The notes under the pieces were generated by a model that worked only from the letters and a program-made list of their open reading frames with translations, searched no databases and was not told the DNA's origin. A stretch of 64,000 nt of DNA from Patescibacteria group bacterium (GTDB lineage Bacteria > Patescibacteriota > Minisyncoccia > Phycocordibacterales > PALSA-1337): assembly GCA_018971685.1 (NCBI GenBank), contig JAGXAG010000006.1, forward strand, positions 62 to 64,061. The letters run 5' to 3'. The stretch's first letter is position 1. Each line of letters opens with the position of its first letter. A program made the translations under genes and the position numbers. Shown here piece after piece: positions 45,071 through 55,387 of this stretch.

Positions 45071-47566
45071 ATGGACTATAATCATAATTCGTCGATATCC
45101 GGTGAATCCGTGCAGTTCAACCGCCAACAAAAACAGCACCAATTCCAACAACCTCCTAAGCAACCGGACCAAGCAGCGATCGCAAATCGGGATAAGCCGC
45201 CGAAAGTGCCGGCGGGCGGCCTGTCGAAAGCGGCATATTATATTTTCCTAGCCACGGTAATATTGGCGCCAATAGTGTTTATTCCCAGCCAATATCTGGC
45301 GCTCGATCTCGCAAAGACTGTCGTGATCGTGATGGGCGTTCTGGCTTCAGCCGTGTGTTACGGCATTGTGATATTGAAAGAGAGGGAAATCACCCTGCCG
45401 CCCAAAACTATTTTTTGGACGAGTATACTCATCGCAATCTCTCTCGTCGTATCTTCTTTGATTTCCATTCATGTCGGAAAATCTTTATTCGGGCAAGGAT
45501 TCGAAGTAGGGACTGCCGGGTTTATCTTGGCTCTGTTCGTGTCCGCACTGGTTGCCTTTGAAACCATTCGCAGAGATCAAGGCCGAACGCTCGCCGTTTA
45601 CGGGATATTGGGCATAATATTCGCAGTGTTTTTCGTTCTTCACGCTCTAAGGCTTCTGATCGGGCCGTCGTTTTTGTCGATGTCCGTATTAACCGCCGCC
45701 ACATCGACCCTTTTGGGCAATTGGAACGATTTGGGCATGTTCTCGATAATGATTTTGATTATTTCCTCAAGCGCGCTGTTCCTGTTGCCTCTCACAAAGA
45801 AGATGAAGTGGATTTACGGCATCGTTGCTTTGTCGGCCATAGCAAGCGCATTTCTGATCAATCAATCGCTTGCTTGGGTTGCAGCCGCTGCGACATTTGC
45901 GCTTGTTTCGGTCGCGGTGTGGCGCGCAAATGCCGATAATGCCGCAATGGTTGACGCGTCGAACAAAAGATCGTGGATAAAAAATATAGTATGGTTGCCG
46001 GTTGCATTGGCGGTTTTGTCGTTGATCCTGGCGTGGAAAGGCAATGTGTTAGCCGGCCCCGCCATTCAAGGCACAAATACGCAGTATGTGGAACTCAATC
46101 TGCCGTGGCAAATGACGATAGATATAGTTTCCGGTGCCGTTAAAAACTTTCCATGGTTCGGCGTCGGGCCAAACCATTTTGCGCAAGCGTTCATGGCTTA
46201 CAAGCCGTCCGGGTTCAATCTGACGGATGCCTGGTCAGTTGAATTTGGTTCGGGTTTTGGTTTTATTCCAACTCTGTTCGCGGCCGAAGGCGGAATAGGC
46301 ATCGTGCTGTGGATTTTGTTCTTTGTCTTTCTCGGCATCGCATCAGCCAAATATTACAAGCGATTGCCGGCAGATCCGGTGAAACGGTTCATTGCGGTGT
46401 CCTCGTGCGGCGCGATGACATTTTTGTGGATAATGGCCATCTTGTATGTGCCGTCGCATGCGATCCTATTCCTGGCTTTCGTCATGACGGGCATACATAT
46501 CGCTTCTTTGGTTTCTAATGGCGATGTCAAAGCCTTGAAGTTGGCGCCGGCCCAAGGCACCGTCAATCGTAAAGTCATCTTGCCGGGCGCGCTTGTCATC
46601 CTTATTTTCGTCGCAGTGATCTGGGGCATGGTCTATGTGAAAAAGACAATAGCGCTCGCCTATTTCGCTTCGGGCGTCAAAGATGTCAATTCCGGTCAGG
46701 ATTACCAATCGGCGGACGCGGCTTTCAAAAAAGCGCTTTCGTTCGACCTGTCGGATGTTTACTATCAAGCGTTGGCGGAGAATGACCGCATGGAAGCCAG
46801 CCGGATCATCGGTACCGCCACTTCGTCCACGCCGGAGATTGCCAATAAACTCTCAACGCTCATAAACGCAGGCATATCGGCTGCCAGGCAGGCGATCGCT
46901 TACGATCCGACGAATTATTACAATTATGTTTCCGAAGCGCGCATCTCGAGCCTGGCGGCGCAATTGAAAATACCGAATGCTTATGACAATGCGGTCGCGG
47001 CTTATACCAATGCCATCCGCGCCAATCCGCTCAACCCGTCGCTCTACCTGAGTTTGGCGCAGACGCAGGCGGCCGAAGGCAAACTTGATGACGCGCTTGC
47101 AACCTTGGGTTCGGCATTGCAGGTAAAAAACAATTATCTTGACGCGGTATTCTTCCTCTCGCAGGTCCAGGCGGCCAAAGGCGACCTGCCGAATGCTATT
47201 ATCTCGGCGCAAGTGGCGGTACAGATCAATCCGCAAAATCCGCTTCTTTATTTCCAGCTCGGCCTTCTCGAATACAATGCCAAAGCTTATGACCAGGCGG
47301 CCCAGGCCCTGGCGAAAGCGGTCGAACTGCAGCCGCAATACGCCAATGCCCAATACTTCCTGGGCTTATCATATGTGCGCCTGAACAAGATAGCTGATGC
47401 TATCACCCAATTTGAAGATCTGGCCAAGACCAACCCGGACAACCAAGAAATCTCTTTCATCCTCTCCAACCTCCGCGCCGGCAAGTCTCCATTTGCCGAC
47501 GCCAAACCGCCGGTAACCTCAACACCCGAGAAGAGGGCGAGCCTGCCGGTTAAGGAGGGCAAATGA
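45071..47566 (+). CDS. O-antigen ligase-like (Wzy_C) polytopic membrane protein with C-terminal TPR repeats
   Basis: About 12 TM helices, then multiple TPR-like A/Y/L repeats in the last roughly 300 aa. Confidence 0.65.
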   Translation: MDYNHNSSISGESVQFNRQQKQHQFQQPPKQPDQAAIANRDKPPKVPAGGLSKAAYYIFLATVILAPIVFIPSQYLALDLAKTVVIVMGVLASAVCYGIVILKEREITLPPKTIFWTSILIAISLVVSSLISIHVGKSLFGQGFEVGTAGFILALFVSALVAFETIRRDQGRTLAVYGILGIIFAVFFVLHALRLLIGPSFLSMSVLTAATSTLLGNWNDLGMFSIMILIISSSALFLLPLTKKMKWIYGIVALSAIASAFLINQSLAWVAAAATFALVSVAVWRANADNAAMVDASNKRSWIKNIVWLPVALAVLSLILAWKGNVLAGPAIQGTNTQYVELNLPWQMTIDIVSGAVKNFPWFGVGPNHFAQAFMAYKPSGFNLTDAWSVEFGSGFGFIPTLFAAEGGIGIVLWILFFVFLGIASAKYYKRLPADPVKRFIAVSSCGAMTFLWIMAILYVPSHAILFLAFVMTGIHIASLVSNGDVKALKLAPAQGTVNRKVILPGALVILIFVAVIWGMVYVKKTIALAYFASGVKDVNSGQDYQSADAAFKKALSFDLSDVYYQALAENDRMEASRIIGTATSSTPEIANKLSTLINAGISAARQAIAYDPTNYYNYVSEARISSLAAQLKIPNAYDNAVAAYTNAIRANPLNPSLYLSLAQTQAAEGKLDDALATLGSALQVKNNYLDAVFFLSQVQAAKGDLPNAIISAQVAVQINPQNPLLYFQLGLLEYNAKAYDQAAQALAKAVELQPQYANAQYFLGLSYVRLNKIADAITQFEDLAKTNPDNQEISFILSNLRAGKSPFADAKPPVTSTPEKRASLPVKEGK

Positions 47567-47639
47567 AATCGCAACAAATGAAATATTTCGTGTTAAAATA
47601 ATCCTGACTTCCCGGAACGAAAAACGCGGAAAAACAAAA

Positions 47640-49319
47640 ATGGTCAGGCGATGGTTTTCATTCATAGGCAAGGAAATACGCGGACTCCATGAGGCCGCGT
47701 ATCTTCTGGCCTTTTTCGCGCTATCGTCGCAACTCTTGGCATTGGTCCGCGATAAACTTCTCGCCTATTCGTTTGGCGCCAGCCATCAGCTTGACATATA
47801 TTATGCGGCGTTCAGGATACCAGATGTCATATTCGCGTCCGTAGGCTCGCTGGTGTCCGCATCGATACTCTTACCTTATTTCATCGAGCGGTTCGAAAAA
47901 GGGCACAAAGAAGGCAAATCGTTTTCAGATGCCATATTCACCGTCTTTTTTGCGACTATTGTCGTGGCGAGCGCCATTATATACATATCTGCACCATGGC
48001 TTGTGCCGAAAATAATTCCGGGATTTGCCAATGATCCGTATCTGCCGCAGCTCATAATGTCTGTAAGAATAATGCTTTTGTCTCCTTTATTTTTGGGCCT
48101 CTCCAACCTGTTTTCGTGTTTGACTCAGATGAGGCACAGATTTTTGGTATATGGCGCCAGCCCGGTGGTTTATAATATGGGCATTATATTCGGAGTGTTA
48201 TTCATATATCCGTTGTTCGGAATTTCCGGACTGGCGATCGGCGTGGCGTTCGGGGCGTTTTTGCATATGGCCATACAAGTGCCGTTCATGGCGCATGAAG
48301 GATTGGTACCAAAATTTTCAAAAGCGATCGAATGGGTGAAAATAAAGAGCATTATTTTCAATTCTTTGCCGCGCACCATAACCCTATCCGCCAATCAGCT
48401 GGCATCGTTCGTGCTTGTCGCCATGGCTTCTCTCATGGCGCCGGGCTCGATATCCGTCTTTACCTTTGCTTTCAATCTGCAAGGCGTGCCATTGACTATT
48501 ATCGGAGCCAGCTACTCTTCGGCGGTTTTTCCCACGCTGTCAAAATTGTATTTCCAAAAGAATTCAAAAGAATTTTTGGATAAAATGATTGTCTCCGCCC
48601 AACACATCATATTCTGGTCTATGCCGTTAATGGTGCTTTTTATCGTTTTGCGCGCGCAAATCGTGCGTACCGTTCTTGGCGCCGGCAAATTTGATTGGGC
48701 AGATACCAGACTGACCGCCGCCATGCTTGCCCTGTTCGTTGTTTCGACGATTGCGCAGAGCCTGATCGTCCTGTTTGTGCGCGCCTTTTACGCCGAAGGC
48801 AAGACGGCCAGGCCGCTCCTCATAAATGCCATATCGGCGTCGACGATTGTCGTATCTGGATACTTGCTACTCAAAGTTTTTTACGCATGGCCGGTTTTCC
48901 GATTTTTCGTCGAAGATTTGTTGAAGGTGAGCGGCCAATCCGGCACGAGCGTACTCATGTTAGGATTGGCGTATTCGCTTGGAGCCATACTGAACTTGAT
49001 CCTGCACTGGTATGTTTTCAGCAAACATTACAAAGGCTTTACCAAGCCGGTACTCGCGACTATGTTCCATAGTTTTGCGGCGTCGGTCATCATGGGCTAC
49101 GCGGCTTTCCTGAGTCTGCGCGTTTTCGACGGCATATTTCCGCTTACAAAAATATGGGGCGTCTTCATGCAAGGCTTCTCGGCCGGCATATTCGGCCTTG
49201 CCGTCGGCGTCGTCATCTTGATCTTGCTCAAGAATAAGGAGCTGGCGGCGGTCTGGGCGACCATCCACCACAAGATTTGGAAGACGCAAATTCCACCGGC
49301 GGAAGTGGAGAGGATGTGA
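47640..49319 (+). CDS. murJ: Lipid II flippase MurJ (MviN)
   Basis: 14-TM MOP-superfamily profile, N-terminal LALVRDKLLAYSFGAS...DIYYAAFRIP, typical of MurJ. Confidence 0.8.
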   Translation: MVRRWFSFIGKEIRGLHEAAYLLAFFALSSQLLALVRDKLLAYSFGASHQLDIYYAAFRIPDVIFASVGSLVSASILLPYFIERFEKGHKEGKSFSDAIFTVFFATIVVASAIIYISAPWLVPKIIPGFANDPYLPQLIMSVRIMLLSPLFLGLSNLFSCLTQMRHRFLVYGASPVVYNMGIIFGVLFIYPLFGISGLAIGVAFGAFLHMAIQVPFMAHEGLVPKFSKAIEWVKIKSIIFNSLPRTITLSANQLASFVLVAMASLMAPGSISVFTFAFNLQGVPLTIIGASYSSAVFPTLSKLYFQKNSKEFLDKMIVSAQHIIFWSMPLMVLFIVLRAQIVRTVLGAGKFDWADTRLTAAMLALFVVSTIAQSLIVLFVRAFYAEGKTARPLLINAISASTIVVSGYLLLKVFYAWPVFRFFVEDLLKVSGQSGTSVLMLGLAYSLGAILNLILHWYVFSKHYKGFTKPVLATMFHSFAASVIMGYAAFLSLRVFDGIFPLTKIWGVFMQGFSAGIFGLAVGVVILILLKNKELAAVWATIHHKIWKTQIPPAEVERM

Positions 49320-49343
49320 TATTTCTGCTATATTCAATGGACG

Positions 49344-51365
49344 ATGAACCCCGCCCAAATACGCAATTTCTCTATTATCGCGCACATAGACCACGGCAAG
49401 TCCACCTTGGCCGACCGGATGTTGGAGTTGACCGGCACCATAGAGAAGCGCAAAATGCAGGCGCAGGTGTTGGATTCCATGGAATTGGAGCGTGAGCGCG
49501 GCATAACCATCAAACTCCAGCCGGTCAGGATGAAATGGTCATTGAAAGAGACCATCGCCGGCGCGCCCGCGGGCGAGTATGTGTTGAATCTAATAGACAC
49601 GCCCGGACACATCGATTTTTCCTATGAAGTATCCAGGTCGCTCAAAGCCGTCGAAGGATCCATCTTGCTCGTCGACGCCACCCAAGGCGTCCAGGCTCAG
49701 ACCCTAACCACCCTCAATATGGCGCGCGAGGCCGGCCTGGTCATCATTCCCGTCGTTTCCAAGATCGATTCGCCGCTGGCGCAGATCGAAGAGACCGTCA
49801 AAGAGATCAGTCAGCTTTTGGGTTGCCATGAATCCGAAGTCATCAAAGTTTCCGGCAAAACCGGCGAGGGCGTCGAACATTTACTCGACAAAATTATTAG
49901 TAAAATCCCGCCGCCATCCTGTGCCAGCCCCGCCCGAAACAAAGGAAGTTTCGCGAGCTCCGCGACTCTGCCGCGAAGCAATCCGTCGTTGCGTTTCCCG
50001 GACGGCAAGGGCGTGCATGTCCGAGAGCCATTGCCGGCCGCGGAAACGCCGACGGTTGCGAGCGGCATTCGCGGAGCTCGCGAAACTTCCTTTGTTTCGG
50101 GCGGGGCGACTGAATCTTTTTCGGCCGCCGAATCATTCAAGGAACCATTCCGGTCCCTCGTTTTTGACTTCCAATACTCCAACCACACCGGCATGATCGT
50201 CTATGTCCGCGTGTTCGACGGACAAGTCCGCAAACATGACAAATTGCAGTTCAAAATAGCCGGCAAAACATTCGAGGCCATCGAAGCAGGAATATTCGCT
50301 CCCCAGGAAACCCCCGTCGAATACATTGGCGCCGGCGAGATCGGCTATATCGTGACCGGCATCAAGGAGCCTGGCATTGCTTCCGTCGGCGATACCGTAG
50401 CCTCGATCAGAGACAATCAGCCGCCGCTATCCGGTTACCAAAGTCCAAAACCCGTTGTCTGGGCGTCGATCTATCCCGAAAGCCAAGACAATTTGCCCCT
50501 TTTGCGCCAAGCCCTCGCGCGCTTGCGCCTGTCCGATGCCGCTTTTACTTATGAAGAGGAGGCGTCCGGCACGCTCGGCAAAGGGTACCGATCAGGGTTC
50601 CTCGGCATGTTGCACCTGGAAATAGTCACCGAGCGCTTACGCCGCGAATACAACCTTGAACTGGTCGTTACCATGCCAACCATCATTTATTCCGTCAGAT
50701 TGAAAAACGACAAAGAGACCAAAATTTATTCGCCGGCGCTGTTCCCCGACGATCACGATATCATGTCTGTGAGCGAACCGGTCGTAACCATGAAGATAAT
50801 CACTCCACCGCCATATATCGGCGGATTGATGAAGTCAATTTATGACCACGAGGGCGAGATCGTCTCTACCGATAACTTCGGCGATAGCCGTACGATATTG
50901 GCCTTGAATATGCCGCTACGCGAGCTGATGCGCAACTTCTTCGACGAAGTCAAGAGCGTTTCTTCCGGTTACGCGTCGATTTCTTACGACATAACCGGCG
51001 CGAGGCAAGCCGATGTCACCAGGCTGGATATTTTGGTTGCCGACGAACCCGTGCCGGCTTTTGCCAGGGTTGTATCCAGGAGAAGAGTGCAAGAAGAGGC
51101 GGAATCTGCCGTCGAAAGGTTGCACAAACTGCTGCCACGCGAATTGTTCACTTTCAAAATCCAAGCCAAGGCCCACGGTCGTATCCTGGCTTCGCGCACC
51201 CTTTCCGGCATGAAAAAGGACGCCGCCGGTACGCTCTCCGGCGGCGATATCACCCGCAAGATGAAATTGCGCGAAAAACAAAAAGAAGGCCGCAAACGGC
51301 TGAAGGCGCGCGGCAAAGTGGCGATAGCGCAGGATGTTTTCGTGAAGATGATGCGCGCCGATTAG
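49344..51365 (+). CDS. lepA: Elongation factor 4 (LepA), with an approximately 70-aa in-frame palindromic insertion
   Basis: G1-G5 GTPase motifs (AHIDHGKST, DTPGH, SKID), and the LepA C-terminal domain. 673 aa against about 600 expected. Confidence 0.9.
   Translation: MNPAQIRNFSIIAHIDHGKSTLADRMLELTGTIEKRKMQAQVLDSMELERERGITIKLQPVRMKWSLKETIAGAPAGEYVLNLIDTPGHIDFSYEVSRSLKAVEGSILLVDATQGVQAQTLTTLNMAREAGLVIIPVVSKIDSPLAQIEETVKEISQLLGCHESEVIKVSGKTGEGVEHLLDKIISKIPPPSCASPARNKGSFASSATLPRSNPSLRFPDGKGVHVREPLPAAETPTVASGIRGARETSFVSGGATESFSAAESFKEPFRSLVFDFQYSNHTGMIVYVRVFDGQVRKHDKLQFKIAGKTFEAIEAGIFAPQETPVEYIGAGEIGYIVTGIKEPGIASVGDTVASIRDNQPPLSGYQSPKPVVWASIYPESQDNLPLLRQALARLRLSDAAFTYEEEASGTLGKGYRSGFLGMLHLEIVTERLRREYNLELVVTMPTIIYSVRLKNDKETKIYSPALFPDDHDIMSVSEPVVTMKIITPPPYIGGLMKSIYDHEGEIVSTDNFGDSRTILALNMPLRELMRNFFDEVKSVSSGYASISYDITGARQADVTRLDILVADEPVPAFARVVSRRRVQEEAESAVERLHKLLPRELFTFKIQAKAHGRILASRTLSGMKKDAAGTLSGGDITRKMKLREKQKEGRKRLKARGKVAIAQDVFVKMMRAD
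49927..50107 (+). repeat. 181-bp MITE-like element with perfect 39-bp terminal inverted repeats, inserted in frame in lepA
   Basis: Left arm GCCCCGCCCGAAACAAAGGAAGTTTCGCGAGCTCCGCGA (49927-49965). It is exactly the reverse complement of 50069-50107, and the centre is itself near-palindromic. Confidence 0.8.
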
Positions 51366-51493
51366 TACCTCCACACAGGGAAGTACAAAAGGATCATGCT
51401 GATGATAACCAATATGCTCACAACGATGAATCCTATGTTTAGCTTTTTTCTGGTTTTTTCATGAAATAGCATGCTTATAGTATACTTATTTGC

Positions 51494-51877
51494 ATGAAGC
51501 ATCGCAACCGTTATTCCTGGAGCCGATTTTTGTCTTCGCCGATAGCGATTATCATCTTGGCGATATTATTGATTTTCATGCTTCGAGGCGTCTGGGGCGT
51601 TTACGGTAAATCTTCCGCCGCCGCCGACAGATTGGCGCAAGCCCAAGCGTCGCTCGATGCCTTGAAAGCTCATGAATCGGATCTGGAACGGCAGGTTTCG
51701 TATCTTTCAACCGACCAAGGCGTCGAATCAGAGATCAGGAGCAAATTTCGCGCCGCCTTGCCCGGCGAATCGGTTGCGGTTATTATTGACGGAACGCCGA
51801 CATCGACCGATAATGTGCCGGTCGTTGTTCCGGCGAAATCGTGGTGGATGAAATTATTGAGTGTGTTTGGGTTGTAG
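51494..51877 (+). CDS. Septum formation initiator-like protein (FtsB/DivIC family candidate)
   Basis: A single N-terminal TM followed by a coiled coil (AQAQASLDALKAHESDLERQVSYL). Confidence 0.45.
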   Translation: MKHRNRYSWSRFLSSPIAIIILAILLIFMLRGVWGVYGKSSAAADRLAQAQASLDALKAHESDLERQVSYLSTDQGVESEIRSKFRAALPGESVAVIIDGTPTSTDNVPVVVPAKSWWMKLLSVFGL

Positions 51878-51882
51878 CGCAG

Positions 51883-51953
51883 GCGGGTATAGTTTAGTGG
51901 CAAAATGACTGCTTCCCAAGCAGTAGATCGGAGTTCGATTCTCCGTACCCGCA
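51883..51953 (+). tRNA. tRNA-Gly (CCC)
   Basis: GCGGGTA...anticodon loop TTCCCAA...T-arm CGGAG-TTCGATT-CTCCG-TACCCGC-A. Confidence 0.75.
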
Positions 51954-51989
51954 CCCGAAGTCGAAAAAAGCGTCCGATTGCGCGCTTTG

Positions 51990-52229
51990 CTAACTTATTC
52001 CCAAAGACGACTTTAACTTTTCTTCGTTGAAGCCGACCACGATCTCTCCGCCGAGATCAATAACCGGCACCCCCATCTGTCCGGTTTTATCTATCATCTC
52101 TTTGCGCTTATCCATGTCGCTGGCCACATTGTACTCGGTATAATCGACATTGTTTGTTTTGAAAAAAGACTTCGCCATGTTGCAATACACGCAAGTCGGC
52201 GTCGAATAAATAGTTACGGTTTTTTGCAT
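51990..52229 (-). CDS. Glutaredoxin-like/NrdH-redoxin family protein
   Basis: 79 aa, CVYC active site near the N-terminus, thioredoxin-fold pattern. Confidence 0.7.
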   Translation of the reverse strand: MQKTVTIYSTPTCVYCNMAKSFFKTNNVDYTEYNVASDMDKRKEMIDKTGQMGVPVIDLGGEIVVGFNEEKLKSSLGIS

Positions 52230-52373
52230 ATTATTGTTTTTTTAAGTTATTGCCCTTGTAAACCAAGGCTTCTATTAGGGTTTGATTATAACTACAAAGT
52301 TAACCGCTTTGCAAGCAGGCGCTTGTTGATTTCCTGTGGAAAATGGAGAATTTCGGTTGCAATGGATTCGCGG

Positions 52374-52445
52374 TGCCCTCGGCAGGAATTGAACCCACAT
52401 CAATCCCTTAGGACGGGACTGTTCTATCCGTTGAACTACGAGGGC
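52374..52445 (-). tRNA. tRNA-Arg (CCT)
   Basis: Acceptor GCCCTCG/CGAGGGC, D-arm GTTC-AACGGATA-GAAC, anticodon loop GTCCTAA (position 32 is atypical). Confidence 0.6.
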
Positions 52446-52501
52446 GATACGATCAAATTAGCACACTTTCGCCGAAATAATAAATCTGTTATATTAGTCG
52501 T

Positions 52502-52768
52502 ATGACGCCCGAAGAGAGATCATTGCTCGAAAATACGCACAAATTGGCCGAAGAGAACAACGAAATCCTTCGCAGCATCCGCCGGTCAAACAGGTTTTCA
52601 ACGGCGATGAAAATAGCGTATTGGGTGCTCATTATAGGTTTGTCGGTCGGTGCGTATTATTTGATCCAGCCATATATGACTTTTCTTTCCGGCCTGTCCG
52701 GCGGACAGTCGCTCAACTTGAATAACGCGCAGAATGCCGCAGACCAGCTGAAAGATCTTTTGAAGTAA
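52502..52768 (+). CDS. Hypothetical small membrane protein
   Basis: One TM segment, flanked by tRNA genes. Confidence 0.35.
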   Translation: MTPEERSLLENTHKLAEENNEILRSIRRSNRFSTAMKIAYWVLIIGLSVGAYYLIQPYMTFLSGLSGGQSLNLNNAQNAADQLKDLLK

Positions 52769-52771
52769 CTT

Positions 52772-52844
52772 GCCGAGATAGCTCAGTCGGTAGAGCATTC
52801 CCCTGAAGAGGGAAGGGTCGCCAGTTCGATCCTGGCTCTCGGCA
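52772..52844 (+). tRNA. tRNA-Phe (GAA)
   Basis: GCCGAGA...anticodon loop CTGAAGA...acceptor TCTCGGC-A. Confidence 0.8.
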
Positions 52845-52865
52845 CAGTGAAAGTTTGCCGCAGGA

Positions 52866-53336
52866 TTAAGCGGTTCTCACCTTTAATTTCGATTGCTTCT
52901 TCTTGTCCAGTTTCGGAAGCATCAGAATGAGCAGACCGTGCTTCTCGACGGCTTCGGCTTCGTCGACATCGATCTCTTCCGGCAATTGGACCGTGCGCGA
53001 GAACGAACCCCAGTACAATTCCCGCAGAAAATAATCGTCGTCGTTTTCGATGCGCTCTTCTTCGCGCTTGCCGCGTATGGTAACCAAGTCGCGAGTAATC
53101 GTAACATCAAGGTCTTCGGGCCTGACGCCGGCTATCATGCTTTTTATGACGATTGAATCGGGCGTTTGATAGACATCGACGGTCAATTCGCCCTCCTTCT
53201 CCGTCTCCTCGTCTATCCATGAAGCCAAGTCACCGCCGTTCTTTTTGGACGGCTTTAATTCCGGCTCATGTTCATCGCCGTTCATCCTGACAGCGCCGGT
53301 CAATCGTTCGAAAAAAGTTCTTTTATCTTTGGTCAT
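52866..53336 (-). CDS. Hsp20/alpha-crystallin family small heat shock protein
   Basis: Alpha-crystallin domain pattern VDVYQTPDSIVIKSMIAGVRPEDLDVTI. Confidence 0.8.
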   Translation of the reverse strand: MTKDKRTFFERLTGAVRMNGDEHEPELKPSKKNGGDLASWIDEETEKEGELTVDVYQTPDSIVIKSMIAGVRPEDLDVTITRDLVTIRGKREEERIENDDDYFLRELYWGSFSRTVQLPEEIDVDEAEAVEKHGLLILMLPKLDKKKQSKLKVRTA

Positions 53337-53355
53337 GTTTTATTTATTAATATGA

Positions 53356-54084
53356 TTATACGATTAATTTCGGTCTTACCGCTTTTACTTCTTCGAACAG
53401 AATCATCAGTATCACCACGGCGATCCAGATCCACAGGAAAGATTTCAAAGTATCGGACGGCGATGAGCTAATTATAGACAAATTGAATCCGGCATGCAAA
53501 GCGATGGCTGTGATCAGGCCGAGCGTGCCGGAGACGATCTTGAATATCCTGCCGCGATAAAACGCCAGGCCGAGTGCGAAGCCGACCGTGGCGGAACTGA
53601 CGATGTGTACGAGTGTGGCGCCGACGAACCTCATGCTGCCCGTCACGATACTCTGGGTTATTTCACCGTTAGACAGCGGGCTGAGCACGAACAAGGTGTT
53701 TTCGATAGCCGAGAATCCCAAAGCTACGGTAATAGCATATATCATGGCGTCTATCGGTTCGTCATTCCATCTGGTTCTAAGCGCCACCATTCCAACAGTG
53801 CCAAACTTGATGATTTCTTCAACCGCCGCCCAGAGAGTATAGCGGCCGGTTTCGTTGGCGACGGCGTCGGATATGTATTTTTCGGCGAATATGGCGACTA
53901 TCACCGACAATGCTCCGGCCAAGAATGCCCCGGCGATGAGCCATCTTGGTTCCGGGTGCTCTATGTCTTCGTGGAGCCAGAAAGTGAGCCAAATAAAGGC
54001 GGGGATCAGCCCGGCCAAAATGGCGTAAAGAAATGCATCATAATTCATACTGTTATTATTATAGCTCATAGCCTTGAATTTCAT
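53356..54084 (-). CDS. PrsW-family intramembrane metalloprotease-like protein
   Basis: Polytopic, with motifs EEIIKFG and FSAIEN (the EExxK / FxxxE pair of PrsW/CPBP proteases). Confidence 0.5.
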   Translation of the reverse strand: MKFKAMSYNNNSMNYDAFLYAILAGLIPAFIWLTFWLHEDIEHPEPRWLIAGAFLAGALSVIVAIFAEKYISDAVANETGRYTLWAAVEEIIKFGTVGMVALRTRWNDEPIDAMIYAITVALGFSAIENTLFVLSPLSNGEITQSIVTGSMRFVGATLVHIVSSATVGFALGLAFYRGRIFKIVSGTLGLITAIALHAGFNLSIISSSPSDTLKSFLWIWIAVVILMILFEEVKAVRPKLIV

Positions 54085-54209
54085 ACTGTTGACAAATATC
54101 CGAGGTGTTATATGGTGCTAGTAGAGTAACAAAGCTGGTTCTTGCTCAACAGTTATTGTGTCGCCGGACGGCGGCTATGTTGAGCTGGAATTGGTTGAAA
54201 AATTGATAG

Positions 54210-55202
54210 GTGTTTATGAACATTGTAAGTTTGGCATTGTCTCTGGTTGTTGCGTTTGGAATGTTTTCGGCCAAGGCGGCCCAGTCGCCGACTGTCGGCG
54301 ATTCAGCAAAATCAACGGCACCCGGTGCTAACAACGGAAACCGCCAACCGAAAGGTCTGATCGGCGCCGGCAGTCCGGTAATCGTCGTTACGCCGGTTTT
54401 ATTGGCGGCCCAGCCGTCGGCTTCGTGGGCGGCGGGTGCGGATATGGTCATCGCCGACGCGCTCGCTGGCGGATTGAAGTCGAACACAGCCGTGACAAAT
54501 CCGTCCGATTATGCGGTGTGCAATCACCACATCGGTTGGCAAAATCTGGTCTATTCGACCGGCGCGTACATGTGGGACGGAATGTTGAATCCCGTCGCGC
54601 CGTTCAACGCCGAATACGGCCATGTCGTATGGGCGTTGGTTGATGCCAGATCCGGCACAGGCAATGACGATCTGTCATTAGACATGCTACAGGTTGTTAC
54701 GGCGTCAAACGACGGTAACGCACTGGGCGGCACCAATGGTTTTTCCGGCGACAATTATACGGCTCGTGCCGTGGCAGTCAAAAAAGACGGTACTGTGGTT
54801 GAAAGCGGCACCGCATCACAGGAAGGCGTACGGGTGCTTGTGCTGGTCCAGTCGCCTTTATTCAACAATGGCGGGACTCAGGCCGGCCTCGACCAAGTGA
54901 AATCATGGGTGATGAGCCAGGGCAACTACAGTTTGACATATGTTGCCGAAGTCGTCGGCAATAACGCTACGGCGTCGGCGGCGTCTGTAACTGTGAACGG
55001 CGGTGTGCCATCTGTGAATCTGCGATTCATGCCGAACGGCCAATTGTCGGTTGTCGCCGGAGACACGGATCGTACCTATGTTCTCTATTCCACGGCAACT
55101 TTGCCCGGCGTATGGAAATTTGCCGGGACCTTGAATGGGACAAATGCTGTTACAGTCCAATTCACGAACACGGCGATGTTTTTCAAAGCCGTGGCCCAGT
55201 GA
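54210..55202 (+). CDS. Secreted hypothetical protein
   Basis: N-terminal signal peptide, no motifs. Confidence 0.45.
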   Translation: MFMNIVSLALSLVVAFGMFSAKAAQSPTVGDSAKSTAPGANNGNRQPKGLIGAGSPVIVVTPVLLAAQPSASWAAGADMVIADALAGGLKSNTAVTNPSDYAVCNHHIGWQNLVYSTGAYMWDGMLNPVAPFNAEYGHVVWALVDARSGTGNDDLSLDMLQVVTASNDGNALGGTNGFSGDNYTARAVAVKKDGTVVESGTASQEGVRVLVLVQSPLFNNGGTQAGLDQVKSWVMSQGNYSLTYVAEVVGNNATASAASVTVNGGVPSVNLRFMPNGQLSVVAGDTDRTYVLYSTATLPGVWKFAGTLNGTNAVTVQFTNTAMFFKAVAQ

Positions 55203-55387
55203 ATGGTAACGGATCGGTAACATTTTGCGATCTCCCGGGGACGCACGCGCGTTCCCTGGGGATTTTTTATATAACATTGACAAATTCTAATGGTATTATA
55301 AGGTTCACGAAAGAGATACGCCCAAAAATACGGTTTGCACAGTAAATGAGTCATATTTATCAAGAAAATTAATAAAATTACATCAAA

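Noticed and set aside
49811-50196. Mirror ORFs 49811-50194(-) and 49828-50196(+) with look-alike peptides
   Set aside because: Artefacts of the perfect palindrome inside lepA. Both arms translate to the same peptide on opposite strands.
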